Below the pieces are notes generated by a model that searched no databases, was not told the origin of the DNA, and saw nothing but the letters and a program-made list of their open reading frames with translations. Shown here one piece after another: positions 50,501 through 59,551 of a DNA stretch of 64,000 bases. Source of the DNA: Schizochytrium sp. TIO01 (Eukaryota; Protista; Bigyra: Labyrinthulomycetes); the NCBI GenBank assembly GCA_004764695.1, contig SMSO01000031.1, positions 4,564,436 through 4,628,435 on the forward strand, written 5' to 3'. How positions within the stretch are numbered: position 1 is the first letter of the stretch; the number at the start of each line of letters is the position of its first letter. Both the position numbers and the translations under genes were made by a program.

Positions 50501-50996
50501 CTTTGAGGATCGTCCTCACCCTATTTTGGATCTTCTCCATGAATTTTACAATGGCCGGCCAGACAACCGTCTGCTTCTTCGCGGCGGCTCCCATCCTTTG
50601 AGAAGGTTTATTGGTCCAGAAGGCGAGGGGCCCTTTCATGGCTTTCACGGTGGTCCACCCGGGCCTCATTTTGGACCTCCGCCACCTCCTGAGCGTGGCC
50701 ATTTTTTTCATGGCCGCAACCTTGGTGCCAACGATCTTGTTACCCAATGTGTGGGTGAAATCAATGTGTATGAGCAGAAAATCGCAGCTCGTGCTCACCA
50801 GCTTCGAAAGAAGGATCGTTTTCAAAACTCTGGGTACGGTTTTCTTGCTCTTTTCGTGTTGTCAGGTGCGGGCGCGCTCTACCGCCACTGGCAATGTCAG
50901 CGTCGGCAGCACCGTCTGCCACAAGCTTCGCAGGAGCTTGAGACTGGCGCTGTAGAGTTGCAAGTGCATTCGAGTCACAACATAGCGACAACCTGA
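47556..50996 (+). CDS. Uncharacterised 1146-aa protein; putative membrane-tethered transcription factor
   Basis: Globular N-terminal domain at aa ~30-228 (YQRNNKTGGKKHLRCFPCC...WHYGW...HLLRVYVL...SSPSFTVYSSR). KRRRK at aa 348-352. Long S/P/Q/acidic low-complexity region. TM1 at aa ~918-939, TM2 at aa ~1093-1109, then a basic tail. The CDS itself is secure; the function is inferred. Confidence 0.8.
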   Translation: MQHQQQMVKNEAGACSVVPGTSVDSIIKDSNLEFCFDGKFNTSYQRNNKTGGKKHLRCFPCCGPDHKSSRACEVALRVRFANPNISPQSDRMYIALARFLPLNEDGKTVCEEDLTDRLGDIELGADITTERIAQFERSPDAPFEPLYSAKLVQFSPSSVLFEFRERAWHYGWKGGRYKQSTEHLLRVYVLEGSMSMIKNGKLNVASNEPLRCIAKLSSPSFTVYSSRSAPSKTGKQKEALPSQSQGMHGGPQQHFNTAIPRHDSHSLLTSASRPLDASSMSYHNFHPGREQPTGEPSGFFGFEANTPLHHASSNDFNMMMSNMDPLQPTEFDTFYSQPQLPDDLDVIKRRRKADTFESTNETGSDGTSTVPSSNMRDHTADYSSSSPFDSPDSEVEMSDHSHAYSYNNDDHVIPRSMDLNEKQMANVDYFQFNGQANDSAPMPSSAAFGSAIRPNDVNIKSEPGVQHGYNIQSQHDHQFQQQQQQAAAGHEAVYTPLHTRPEAYFVPAVDPPAASVYKMTNNNNNTNSQHPPCPTDDFVTSNGAEVSDDIFSLFIPLEGDEVVEEPRNRKRNNPANAVLQSSARPFHRHTSNGSAHAILASVNGSNKSLGLSSVDGSAILDSFDGLDSLLTRDITMLDGNDGVMPYPDMTHHKDVSNMPILSSEDLHETDYIMQRMAPSIMLHTPLTKAAPKIAPNTAESLTKAVDLKPRTETPKKTQSEEEEEEEEDKDAECDSKVVQHPLLDVNDEEPDQENPSVQDGNRSVDEEKSVNSARGGDSSDGDSSSNDGSDDDEGAWRAEANMVEVKRVQIEQDARTGALPFPSAPSSLHVEPETGQESVRLHPRKSSEEESPSHTVSIRQTSSGAVQEPHHLDGIPQARVILEGDADDHESHHSHRTIAELTYHIKILFIRLWQENPFFLLAIAFGIVMTFMFIGSALVHIPMEPKDIPRDCEQYLYDTEIDPYAQSNNNLFRSATVAGGVSFEDRPHPILDLLHEFYNGRPDNRLLLRGGSHPLRRFIGPEGEGPFHGFHGGPPGPHFGPPPPPERGHFFHGRNLGANDLVTQCVGEINVYEQKIAARAHQLRKKDRFQNSGYGFLALFVLSGAGALYRHWQCQRRQHRLPQASQELETGAVELQVHSSHNIATT

Positions 50997-51811
50997 ATAA
51001 TTGATCACCACCCTCCTTGATCTATTTCAACTTTTTATGTGTCTGACTGATTCATTTTTATTGTTTTGCTAGCTTCTTTCTCCCTTACAACCGTTGCTAA
51101 TTGGCCAGATACAGGCTTATCTCGTTGTTGTTCTCCTTTAAATCTCCTTGGTTAGGAAACTCGTTTGTGTCCAACATATATATCCTCAGAATGTCTTGAA
51201 GGTCCCCCTCGTAGATCTAACTAGTAGTATATTCTTGTGCCTTTTGCACCTTTGAAACCTAGTCTGCTTTTTCTGTTTCTGATTGGAAGTATTTTCCCGA
51301 GTTCAATAAGATCAAGAGAGTGAGACTCAAACAGAGCGTGAAGGAGATTGACGTGATTGCAATATCCTTCCACTACAGAACGATGATTTGACACAATTGA
51401 AACAAGTCACTCTCAATACAAAATCGTTTCTAAATGAAAGGGAGCCTGTGATTTTCATTTGCCAAAACTGGAACCCTCATGTGATGGCTAGCAATTTATG
51501 ATTTCTATAGTTAAGATGTTAAATGGAACGCAGCCCTGTGAAAGCTTCTGAAATAAGAAGTGTTGTTTACAAATCTAATCATAGGGTATCTGTTACATCT
51601 AAAAGGCCCTAATAGTCATAGTACCCTCTTCGTACGATATTCTGTAGAATAAATAATAGCGTATTCATCTCTGGTCTCTTTTTACCTGTGGCCAAAAAAC
51701 AATTAGGATTAGGTAGGCTAGTACTAGGTCAATAGAATAAAAGCAAAGGCCGCGGCGAGATCATCACATTCTTCAGGTCACATAGCTGTATTTTGGGAAT
51801 AGGTCAACAGA

Positions 51812-53419
51812 ATGACTCAACAAAGTCCAGGACAAGTTGCTTCACAAATCACTCCAACTGAAGAATGTGGCGGTAACGCAGCTATAGTGCAGAGCTTGGG
51901 AAACTGGCCAACCGCAGATGCGGCTTGCTGGAAATGTAAAGGCTCGGGACGTGTCAAAGGCAAACGCGGCGTTTGGAAACCTTGTATCATGTGCAGAGCA
52001 AAAGAACAAGCGAATAAAGAGGGGCCCGACGCTGATGTTTTAGCTGAGCGGAAAGCTATCCATATTGTTGTTGTTGGCGGTGGTATTGGTGGCTGTGCAG
52101 CATCGATTGCACTTCGCAAACTGGGCTACACTGTGACTCTCCTGGAGAAGGATGTTAGTTTTGCAGAACGCAAGCAAGGATATGGACTCACTATTCAACA
52201 AGGATGGGGTGCTCTCCGCAAACTTGGTCTAGAACCTCCGAAGATGGAAACACCCTCCTATTCACATTTTGCGTTTGACATTAAAGGACGCATTCTGGGT
52301 TACTTTGGATCCGCCTTTTCTGAATGGTTCGCGGCGAAAGAAGACTATAGTCTGAAACGAAAAGGCAAATTTAATGGCGAAGGTCGATTCAATAGTCATG
52401 TTCCTCGGCAGCACTTGCGCTACATGCTTTTACATCCACTTGCGGGGCTAGGTGTGAATGTCGAATGGGACTCGAGGTTTGAAGGTGTAGAAGCAGAGCC
52501 GGATACTAATCTTGTTAAGGTGACATACACAAAAGCAGGCACACCGGAGTCAACTAAGGCCAATTTAGTTGTTGGAGCAGACGGTATCTTTAGTGGGGTT
52601 CGACGTGCTATTTACGGAGCTGAAAACGACAAACTCAACTTTTTAGGATGCGTTGTAATTTTGGGGATTGCTGTCGTGCGACACCCTCTCACGCACGAAC
52701 GCGTATGCGAGACAATGGATGGTGAAACGCGTCTGTATACCATGCCGTTTACAAGTGCTCATGATGAATCGTTTCAGACAGATCCGAGATTGATGGGCCA
52801 GGATTCAATCATGTGGCAACTATCATTTCCAGTGGCCTCTGAAGATGAAGCGAACGCCCTGTGTATAGACAACGAAACCTTAAAGGCAGAAGCCCTCCGT
52901 CGGTGTGGTGCATGGCACGACCCTTTGCCTGCACTGCTCAGTGGGACAGACCTTGATTTACTCTCGGGCCACCCAGTGTATGACCGACCTGAGCTGGATC
53001 CTCAGGATCTAGAGGCTCATCTAATGAAAGCTGGGCTTTTAGGCCGGGTTGCTCTTGTAGGAGACGCAGCTCACCCGATGAGTCCCTTTAAAGGCCAAGG
53101 AGCAAACCAGGCATTGGTAGACGCCGCGTCGCTAGCTAAAGTCTTGGTAGCTTCCCGCTCGGAGAATTTCATTGAGGCTACGCAGAAGTATCATGCTGAC
53201 ATGTGTTCTCGTACAGCTTCTAAAGTAAAGGGCTCGCGTGCCGCTGTTCAACTTTTACACATGCCTGTTCCTGATCCAAATGCTTTGCAAGACCTCTGGG
53301 ATGCTGGTATCACTGCTCAAAACCACCCAGAAGACCTTAATGAGGCTGTAGTGGCGCTGAGGGGTTATGGCCATCACCCGCATGCGCTCCATAGTATCAA
53401 AATTGCTGCTGCAAAGTAA
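51812..53419 (+). CDS. FAD-dependent monooxygenase (group A, zeaxanthin epoxidase/UbiH/salicylate hydroxylase superfamily) with N-terminal Cys4 motif
   Basis: VVGGGIGG (GxGxxG), VGADGIFS (DG motif), LVGDAAHPMSPFKGQGANQA (GD motif). N-terminal CWKCKGSG...CIMC. Confidence 0.9.
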   Translation: MTQQSPGQVASQITPTEECGGNAAIVQSLGNWPTADAACWKCKGSGRVKGKRGVWKPCIMCRAKEQANKEGPDADVLAERKAIHIVVVGGGIGGCAASIALRKLGYTVTLLEKDVSFAERKQGYGLTIQQGWGALRKLGLEPPKMETPSYSHFAFDIKGRILGYFGSAFSEWFAAKEDYSLKRKGKFNGEGRFNSHVPRQHLRYMLLHPLAGLGVNVEWDSRFEGVEAEPDTNLVKVTYTKAGTPESTKANLVVGADGIFSGVRRAIYGAENDKLNFLGCVVILGIAVVRHPLTHERVCETMDGETRLYTMPFTSAHDESFQTDPRLMGQDSIMWQLSFPVASEDEANALCIDNETLKAEALRRCGAWHDPLPALLSGTDLDLLSGHPVYDRPELDPQDLEAHLMKAGLLGRVALVGDAAHPMSPFKGQGANQALVDAASLAKVLVASRSENFIEATQKYHADMCSRTASKVKGSRAAVQLLHMPVPDPNALQDLWDAGITAQNHPEDLNEAVVALRGYGHHPHALHSIKIAAAK

Positions 53420-53749
53420 GGTAACAGCCTTTGTCAGCTTTAAAAGTAGGGGTAGGAGGGGGCGTCTCTCTATGTTGAACGTGAAAGGCATTGTTTACCA
53501 AGCAAGAGAAGAATTATTGACAATGAAGAATGTATTTTATTTGAACTCTCCATTTCAACTCAGGCCAAGATTGACATGTGCAACTCAGAAGTACCAAGAC
53601 GATTTGAACTAGAAAAGGGATCAGAATCTAAACCCCTTAGAGTGCAAGGTTGGACGTCAAGCAAGCAAAATGATAGATTTTTTGCATTTACTACTACATT
53701 CTGATCTTGTGATCTAATTTCCATTGACCGAGGGGTTCTATGAACGAGT

Positions 53750-54076
53750 TTAGCTATCCCACCACTCAATGGTCTTGATGCCGCTGTAACCAGCAGCCAC
53801 AGCACCAAGAGTAGACACACCTACAGGAATGGGAGCCTTAGTCTTGATGGCGCGTGGGAGCATAGCAGCAAGAAGTGCCGAGGAGAGGCCAAGGTTAAGC
53901 ATGTGGCCGCGCTTGGCATCGTTCTGGCTGATAAGCCAACCACTGATGACAAAACCAGTGCCAAAGCAGCAGCCGGCCACAAGGGAGGGGACACTCTTGC
54001 CCTTCACGTAGCCTGCAATGCCTCCTGCAGCCAAAAGGCCGCCCATCGTAAAAGAGAGGTGCGCTTCACCTGTCAT
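53750..54076 (-). CDS. TMEM14/FAX-family small membrane protein
   Basis: 108 aa, hydrophobic; signature GGIAGYVKGKSVPSLVAG..FG followed by further TM helices. Confidence 0.9.
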   Translation of the reverse strand: MTGEAHLSFTMGGLLAAGGIAGYVKGKSVPSLVAGCCFGTGFVISGWLISQNDAKRGHMLNLGLSSALLAAMLPRAIKTKAPIPVGVSTLGAVAAGYSGIKTIEWWDS

Positions 54077-54966
54077 CCTGAGGTTTCAAATACTCCGGGA
54101 GGAATACTGTGGTGCTCAAAGTAGCCCTGAGCGACGAGGACACTACAAAAAGATTACTCACGACTGCCGAGAAGGGTGATCCAGAGCGGATCGTAGTTCA
54201 CGTTGAGGAATTGGTCGTGACTAATTTCTGGATTTTTCAAGATGTCAATCAAAGATTACATAGCTTGAAAAATATAAATTAAAAATAATTTTTTTACTGC
54301 CCCAACTTCTTTACCTCTTCCGCATTGCGCTTCCACATCCAAGGTGGATGTTCTGGTCGTGCATTGAATTGAATGCACGATGCTCCACTCAGACGACGCA
54401 ATAACTATGGTGAAGCACTAGGTACCTAGTCTCCTTGTTCAAGAAGAAATGCAACGGCCCAGGATTGAAAATTGAAAGATCTCAGAATTGCAATAGCTAG
54501 CTTAGCTTCTAGTTATGCACCTACTTGGAGGTATTACAGTAGATAAGGTTATCTAATAAGCAATTTTCATCGTACGAAAGCTTTGAAGAACCATGCAGAC
54601 TCTGTGGCAAGTTTCATTCGGATGCCGTGCGAATTCACGGGTAAAGTCAAATCATGCGTGTGGAAGTTCTCTACAATTGGTGGCCCAGGAACGACCAAAT
54701 CGTTGCCTACGAAGGCAAAAGGCTCCCAAATATCTGGGAAGATCTCACAACTATGCACTGAGAACTTCGTTGCACTTCAACCAAAAGAACAGAAGAACTT
54801 TGAAGATGTTCTAAAATACTACCTACTAGCCCCTAGAGCTATAGAGTATGCTCTGCAAAGAACGAACTCCAGCGAAGTCTAGGCAAGCGTGTTGAACATA
54901 GAGTCCGCGGAGTCGTTGGAGGGTTTGACGTAGACCTCAACCTCTGAGAAACAAAGAACTGACACC

Positions 54967-55452
54967 ATGTAAGTGAAGTGAAGCAGCCCTTCTGCACTTG
55001 CTGGGATATGGATGGATACTAGAGCTTACCAGCAGATGGAACGTGCCGCTCAACTTGGCCACTGAGACGCCGTTTACAAACCGTTTGTAAGCTTAGAGTG
55101 TTGTCTGGGAAGTACTGCGGCGCCCTTGAAATGACATGACATCTGGCCCAAGAAATACTGACACTAGTAAAATTGGCGAATCTTGAACAGGTCGAATAAG
55201 GTTCAATTCAAGATCACCTTGGCTTCAGACAGCAAGCTCCCTTTCCGAGTGGTCAAGGTTCCCGAAGAAGCTCCATTTACAGCAGTTTTGCAGTTTGCAG
55301 CTGAGGAGTTCAAGGTCCCAGCCGCAACAAGTGCCATTATTACTGCAGATGGCGTAGGCATCAACCCTGCCCAGACTTCGGGTCGAGTGTTTCTCAAACA
55401 TGGAAGGGATCTGCGTCTCATTCCACGTGACCGTGTTGGATCGTCAATGTGA
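54967..55452 (+). CDS. UFM1: Ubiquitin-fold modifier 1 precursor; exon 1 contributes only AT (54967-54968), exon 2 is 55191-55452
   Basis: [71 protein letters not shown]|SSM. Intron 54969-55190 has GTAAGT, TACTGAC (55156-55162) and ACAG. Confidence 0.96.
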
Positions 55453-55910
55453 ATACAACTCAAATTGGATGCCTCACAAATAGCAAGCAACTTATTGACG
55501 GGAACTATACGTTTATAAACAGACTGCTCGCAAGAATCCATATTTTCTGTATTTCGTTGAAGAAGCATATTGGTTGCTTCTTTGGAAGATGAGAAGAAAA
55601 GAATTTGATTTCACCTTTGCATCCTTCCATACCTTCATGACTGCATCTTTAACATATTGGATTGCCTTCCCAGTGGAGAAAACCATCATCTTCAAACCTT
55701 GCAGAACTTATAACATAGCATCAAGGCTAATTTTGTATTAGTATAGTTTACATACGAAGAGCAGCTATTTTTATATGTTCTTTAAAATGAAATTCTATCA
55801 GTGTCGTACATAGGCTCATATAAAGTTGAAGACTGCAGTACAAGAAAAGCGAAAAAAACCTAACGCTATAACATTAATTTAATATCATCACAAGAGTGCG
55901 TGGATTTGTG

Positions 55911-57284
55911 TTATTTTTTTTGTGTTTGTCTCTGTTGATGCTCTATCACAATACTCATCAACCACTCCATAATAGTCCAAGCAATTGGAGACGCCTTGAG
56001 GATTCTATTCCTTGTATCATTATTCACATAAAATTCGCCGATCCATTGATGCAGACGACGTAGTTCGCGAACAGGAACACGAAAATCTTGCATCTGGGTT
56101 CGAAGTTTGTTTGGATTGGCGAATAATGGCCGTAAACCAATCCAGTCGCACTCTTCTATAGGGTGTCCTAGTAATCGGGCCACCTGCTCCCACACGGCAG
56201 CCAGTACTGGAGGAGGTTTTGTTAATGCTCGAAGTTGATGAAAATCTTCTATAGAGAGTTCAGGCGCTGGGCTTTGTACACGAAAAACCCTCCCCTTACG
56301 AGCTCGTTTACCTTGGTCGTCGAGAAGATTATTAGCTTTAGGGCCTTGTAACCTAGAGCCGTTTCCCCCCTTCATTTTAATTTCATTTTCTCGGTCTGCG
56401 AGGAAGTGACCTGGCGCATATGTTCCTCGCATTTGCTTATGCTCCTCCAGCCACGACCTTGTGGGTGGACCTTTTGTCTCTTCGACCATGAGAGTGCTGG
56501 TTGCCACGTTACAGGTTTGCATGTGCAATACTTGGCGTGATACCTGTCGAGAATTGCTATTGTTATCATCTTGAATACTTGGATGTGGCTCAGGCCCCGA
56601 ATGTTCTGCTCGATATGATGAGGAAGAATGAATCGAACTAATTGTCGAGGGCTGATATTTGACATCGGTGGGGTGTTTTTTACGGATATCTAAAGAAGAA
56701 GACATTCTTTGAGATCCATAGATTGACGCAAAGTCAGCGCTGACGGAGATAACGCAAGACCCTGTCGCTTGATAAAAGCATTGTTCAAGAACTTCTTTAG
56801 CACAATCTATAACAACCTTGAAACTTGCTCCTGCAGGGCCCTTTCGAAACCTTGAGCATCCCTCATCCCATACAGATACTATTACAACTACATTGTAAAT
56901 ATCCCACCTTCTGAGCAAGTGCAAAAGTTTTTCTCCACCACCAACATAATCGCTATCGTTGCAATCCTCTTCAACAACCGGGTTATTGGTGCTTTGCTCG
57001 TCTAGCTGGCTCCGAGAAGGATCGGGAAAACACTCATTAGAAGCAAAGGTAGCAACTCGAAAAGCTGAAGGCCAGCAAGTAACATCACACCATTGCGATT
57101 CATTTTGTAGCGAAGAAATCACGTGCAAGACATCCCCACCACGTGAGACTGGGGCTACATGAGCTTGTAATCTTCGATTACCAGGAAGACTTCTAATTGG
57201 TCCATGTGTAACCTCGAGGTCAAATGTCATATTTACAGGTTCATGGATTTGTCTTGCAAGTTCTTTCTCAGCGTCAATATCCAT
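55911..57284 (-). CDS. IMPACT/UPF0029-like domain protein with a C-terminal dynein microtubule-binding-domain-like module
   Basis: First in-frame ATG is at 57284 (AAGATGG context; 457 aa). N-terminal part: RLQAHVAPV...AFRV...DCNDSDYVGGGEKLLHLL..WDIYNVVVIVSVW...FKVVIDCAKEVL. C-terminal part: LSIEDFHQLRALTKPPPVL..V.E.V..LLG...DW...R.LF.....KAS.IA..I.EW. Confidence 0.7.
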   Translation of the reverse strand: MDIDAEKELARQIHEPVNMTFDLEVTHGPIRSLPGNRRLQAHVAPVSRGGDVLHVISSLQNESQWCDVTCWPSAFRVATFASNECFPDPSRSQLDEQSTNNPVVEEDCNDSDYVGGGEKLLHLLRRWDIYNVVVIVSVWDEGCSRFRKGPAGASFKVVIDCAKEVLEQCFYQATGSCVISVSADFASIYGSQRMSSSLDIRKKHPTDVKYQPSTISSIHSSSSYRAEHSGPEPHPSIQDDNNSNSRQVSRQVLHMQTCNVATSTLMVEETKGPPTRSWLEEHKQMRGTYAPGHFLADRENEIKMKGGNGSRLQGPKANNLLDDQGKRARKGRVFRVQSPAPELSIEDFHQLRALTKPPPVLAAVWEQVARLLGHPIEECDWIGLRPLFANPNKLRTQMQDFRVPVRELRRLHQWIGEFYVNNDTRNRILKASPIAWTIMEWLMSIVIEHQQRQTQKK

Positions 57285-58891
57285 CTTGCTTATCTCGATT
57301 ACGCGTTGCCTTTTCAGATTTTGCAAAAGCTTAAGCACAGCGATGAACTCTTCAACAAGTTCGAAATACCATTCCACGAGTCCTACGTCGGAGCTCCTGA
57401 GGAGTCATAAGCACTAGCTACATACAGCGTCTTCCAATGTGAAACCCTTTCAATATGTAGAGCATTCATCTTTATCCCTAGACTCATACTCAGCTTCTTC
57501 CAGGCACCATCTATGTTCTCAAGCGCTGCTCAGAGGCTCACCAACGGTACAGTACACACCAATGGTCAAACGAGACTTGTGTACTCAGCAGAAAATCTTT
57601 GTGACATCACTACTGGTTGCTGACAATAATGGTATGTTCTTTCGTTGCGTCCTTTTTTGGAGTTACTTACTCGTTGCTTGCTAGCGAAGCATGGGGGCTA
57701 TGTTTTAATGACTGCTTCTGAGAGGGGGGCGAAACCATCACATTGGCATTGGGTGGCCAAATGAATAAGATATCTTTCGCAGCATGTAATGCATATAGCT
57801 TGGCTAGCTAGACAACTAGTAATACCTAGCTAGTACTACTAATAATAGTACTGAGGAGTCATGTCCTTGTCTACAGAAGGTGGTGCAAGTAGCCAAATAG
57901 TACAAATGCTATCAGGCCCTCTGAGAATCAGTGAGCTGGCTTTGAAATTAGATCAGCCACGCCTCTTCAACAGCAAAGAACGTGGACACCAAGATCAACA
58001 CCATCTTTAGCAACACACTTCATCGCTAAGGCCTGCGCTGTCAATTCATGGCATCATCCCATCTCCACTGCTAACCTCCTGCTACCCCAAACTCTACCTC
58101 TCCCCTTCCTCTGGAGTACATAGGCTTAGGGCTTCTAGCCTCCAGAGGGTAGTAAGGTGCCGTCAGCGTTAACTATAGCACCGCCGCTCCACTATACGCG
58201 CCTAAATCACAGTTATGATAAGAGTTTGATATCCGCCGATAGGATCATGCCAGCCGCAAGATCGCAAGATCGATCATGGTGAAGAATCCGCAACTTGGAG
58301 CGCATTGCGGAGAACTTGGAGGATAAAATCGCGTGCAACTGCCTGGTAGGATGGTGTCAGCAGCCGAACAGTCGAATACGCACTAATCCACCACGTGGCA
58401 GCCATTATTGCTCCCCCTACTTCGTGCCCATGTTTCTCATAAATCCTATCTCCCGCTTACTCCTCTTCTCGTCGCCGCCACCATCACCTTCCCGTGAATA
58501 TAACTGCAGGACCCCTTTGCTACCACCCTAGATCCGCGTCTTCCAGGGGTCCCAAAGTTACGTGCCCAGACCTTCCCGCACCCTACAGTAAACTCTATAT
58601 GTGCATTAAAACTCACCTTCACCACGGCACCCTCCGCCCTAGGGTTAGGGCTTTCCCCAGCGCCATCGGTGGTGCCACTATACACAGACCCCTCTTGTAT
58701 TGATGCGAGTATATACATTCAATACACCATGTTTTTTGCTAAGGGATTTTAGAAAATAAACGACCAAGTGCGAACGTGTATTCTTCGTAAGATTATATTA
58801 TCCTTTGTCTTGTACAGAGAGGGGCCAGGACGCAGAAGGAGCGGCGCAGGACGAGACAGACTCTTAAGGCCACGCGTGGAGGCGAGGCAAG

Positions 58892-59431
58892 GTACGTGCA
58901 GCACGACAGCGACACCGGGTGCGCAATGAGGACGCGTGGGAAGCATCCAAGGCATTACTGAGGTCCTCTGCAGTGCAGTTGTAAAGGTTCTAGTCGCTCG
59001 CTCGCCCGGACACTCCGGCATGGCGTTGCTCCATGGAGCCTCATTCTGTAGCAGCCCTTTCTCTTAGTGTTGTGTGGGCAAGCCAATCTTCAGGATCATG
59101 AAGAGTGCAGCGATGCTTACTCCCCTAGGATGCGAGAATACGAGCCCGCCTCGACTGGTGCATCTAAACTGAGATAGGCGGACGTCACCTTGGCAACTCT
59201 TGGACCCTTTATATCTATACAAGAGATCAAGGGAATGATGTCCAAGCTTTCCAGCACTGAGATGTTTGATCAATAGGCAAGACTTTGGAGCTTGTCTGTT
59301 GTTCATGAAACATTTTGGCGACAACAGATGCTACTATTTCTGCCTGGTAAAAGGTTTCTGTTTTAACTTCACAATCGTGGAACATGAGTTGACTAACGAT
59401 TTATTCGCTTGTACAATAATTATGTAAACAG
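58892..59431 (+). other. Probable 5'UTR intron of RPL41
   Basis: AAG|GTACGT donor at 58892, GACTAAC branch at 59391-59397, and AAACAG acceptor ending directly before the ATG at 59432. Confidence 0.7.
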
Positions 59432-59551
59432 ATGGCGCACAAAAATAACCCATGGAAGAAGTCCAAGGCGAAGATGCGCTGGAAGTGGCGCAAGAAGCGC
59501 ACGCGCCGCTTGCAGCGTAAGCGCCGGAAGATGCGCAAGCGGTCGAAGTAA
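59432..59551 (+). CDS. RPL41: Ribosomal protein L41 (eL41/eS32), N-terminally extended form
   Basis: MAHKNNPWKKSKAKMRWKWRKKRTRRLQRKRRKMRKRSK* (39 aa). The core matches eL41 MRxKWRKKRxRRLxRKRRKMRxRSK. Below the ORF-track size cutoff. Confidence 0.95.
   Translation: MAHKNNPWKKSKAKMRWKWRKKRTRRLQRKRRKMRKRSK

Noticed and set aside
58638-58650. Telomere/telo-box-like AGGGTTAGGG upstream of RPL41
   Set aside because: Fewer than two units, with no equivalent clear motif at RPL30; compatible with chance.
59098-59175. Possible C/D snoRNA in the RPL41 intron (ATGAAGA ... CTGA)
   Set aside because: Box C imperfect, terminal stem minimal, and only ~8-nt complementarity to rRNA as I recall it; needs snoscan and small-RNA data.
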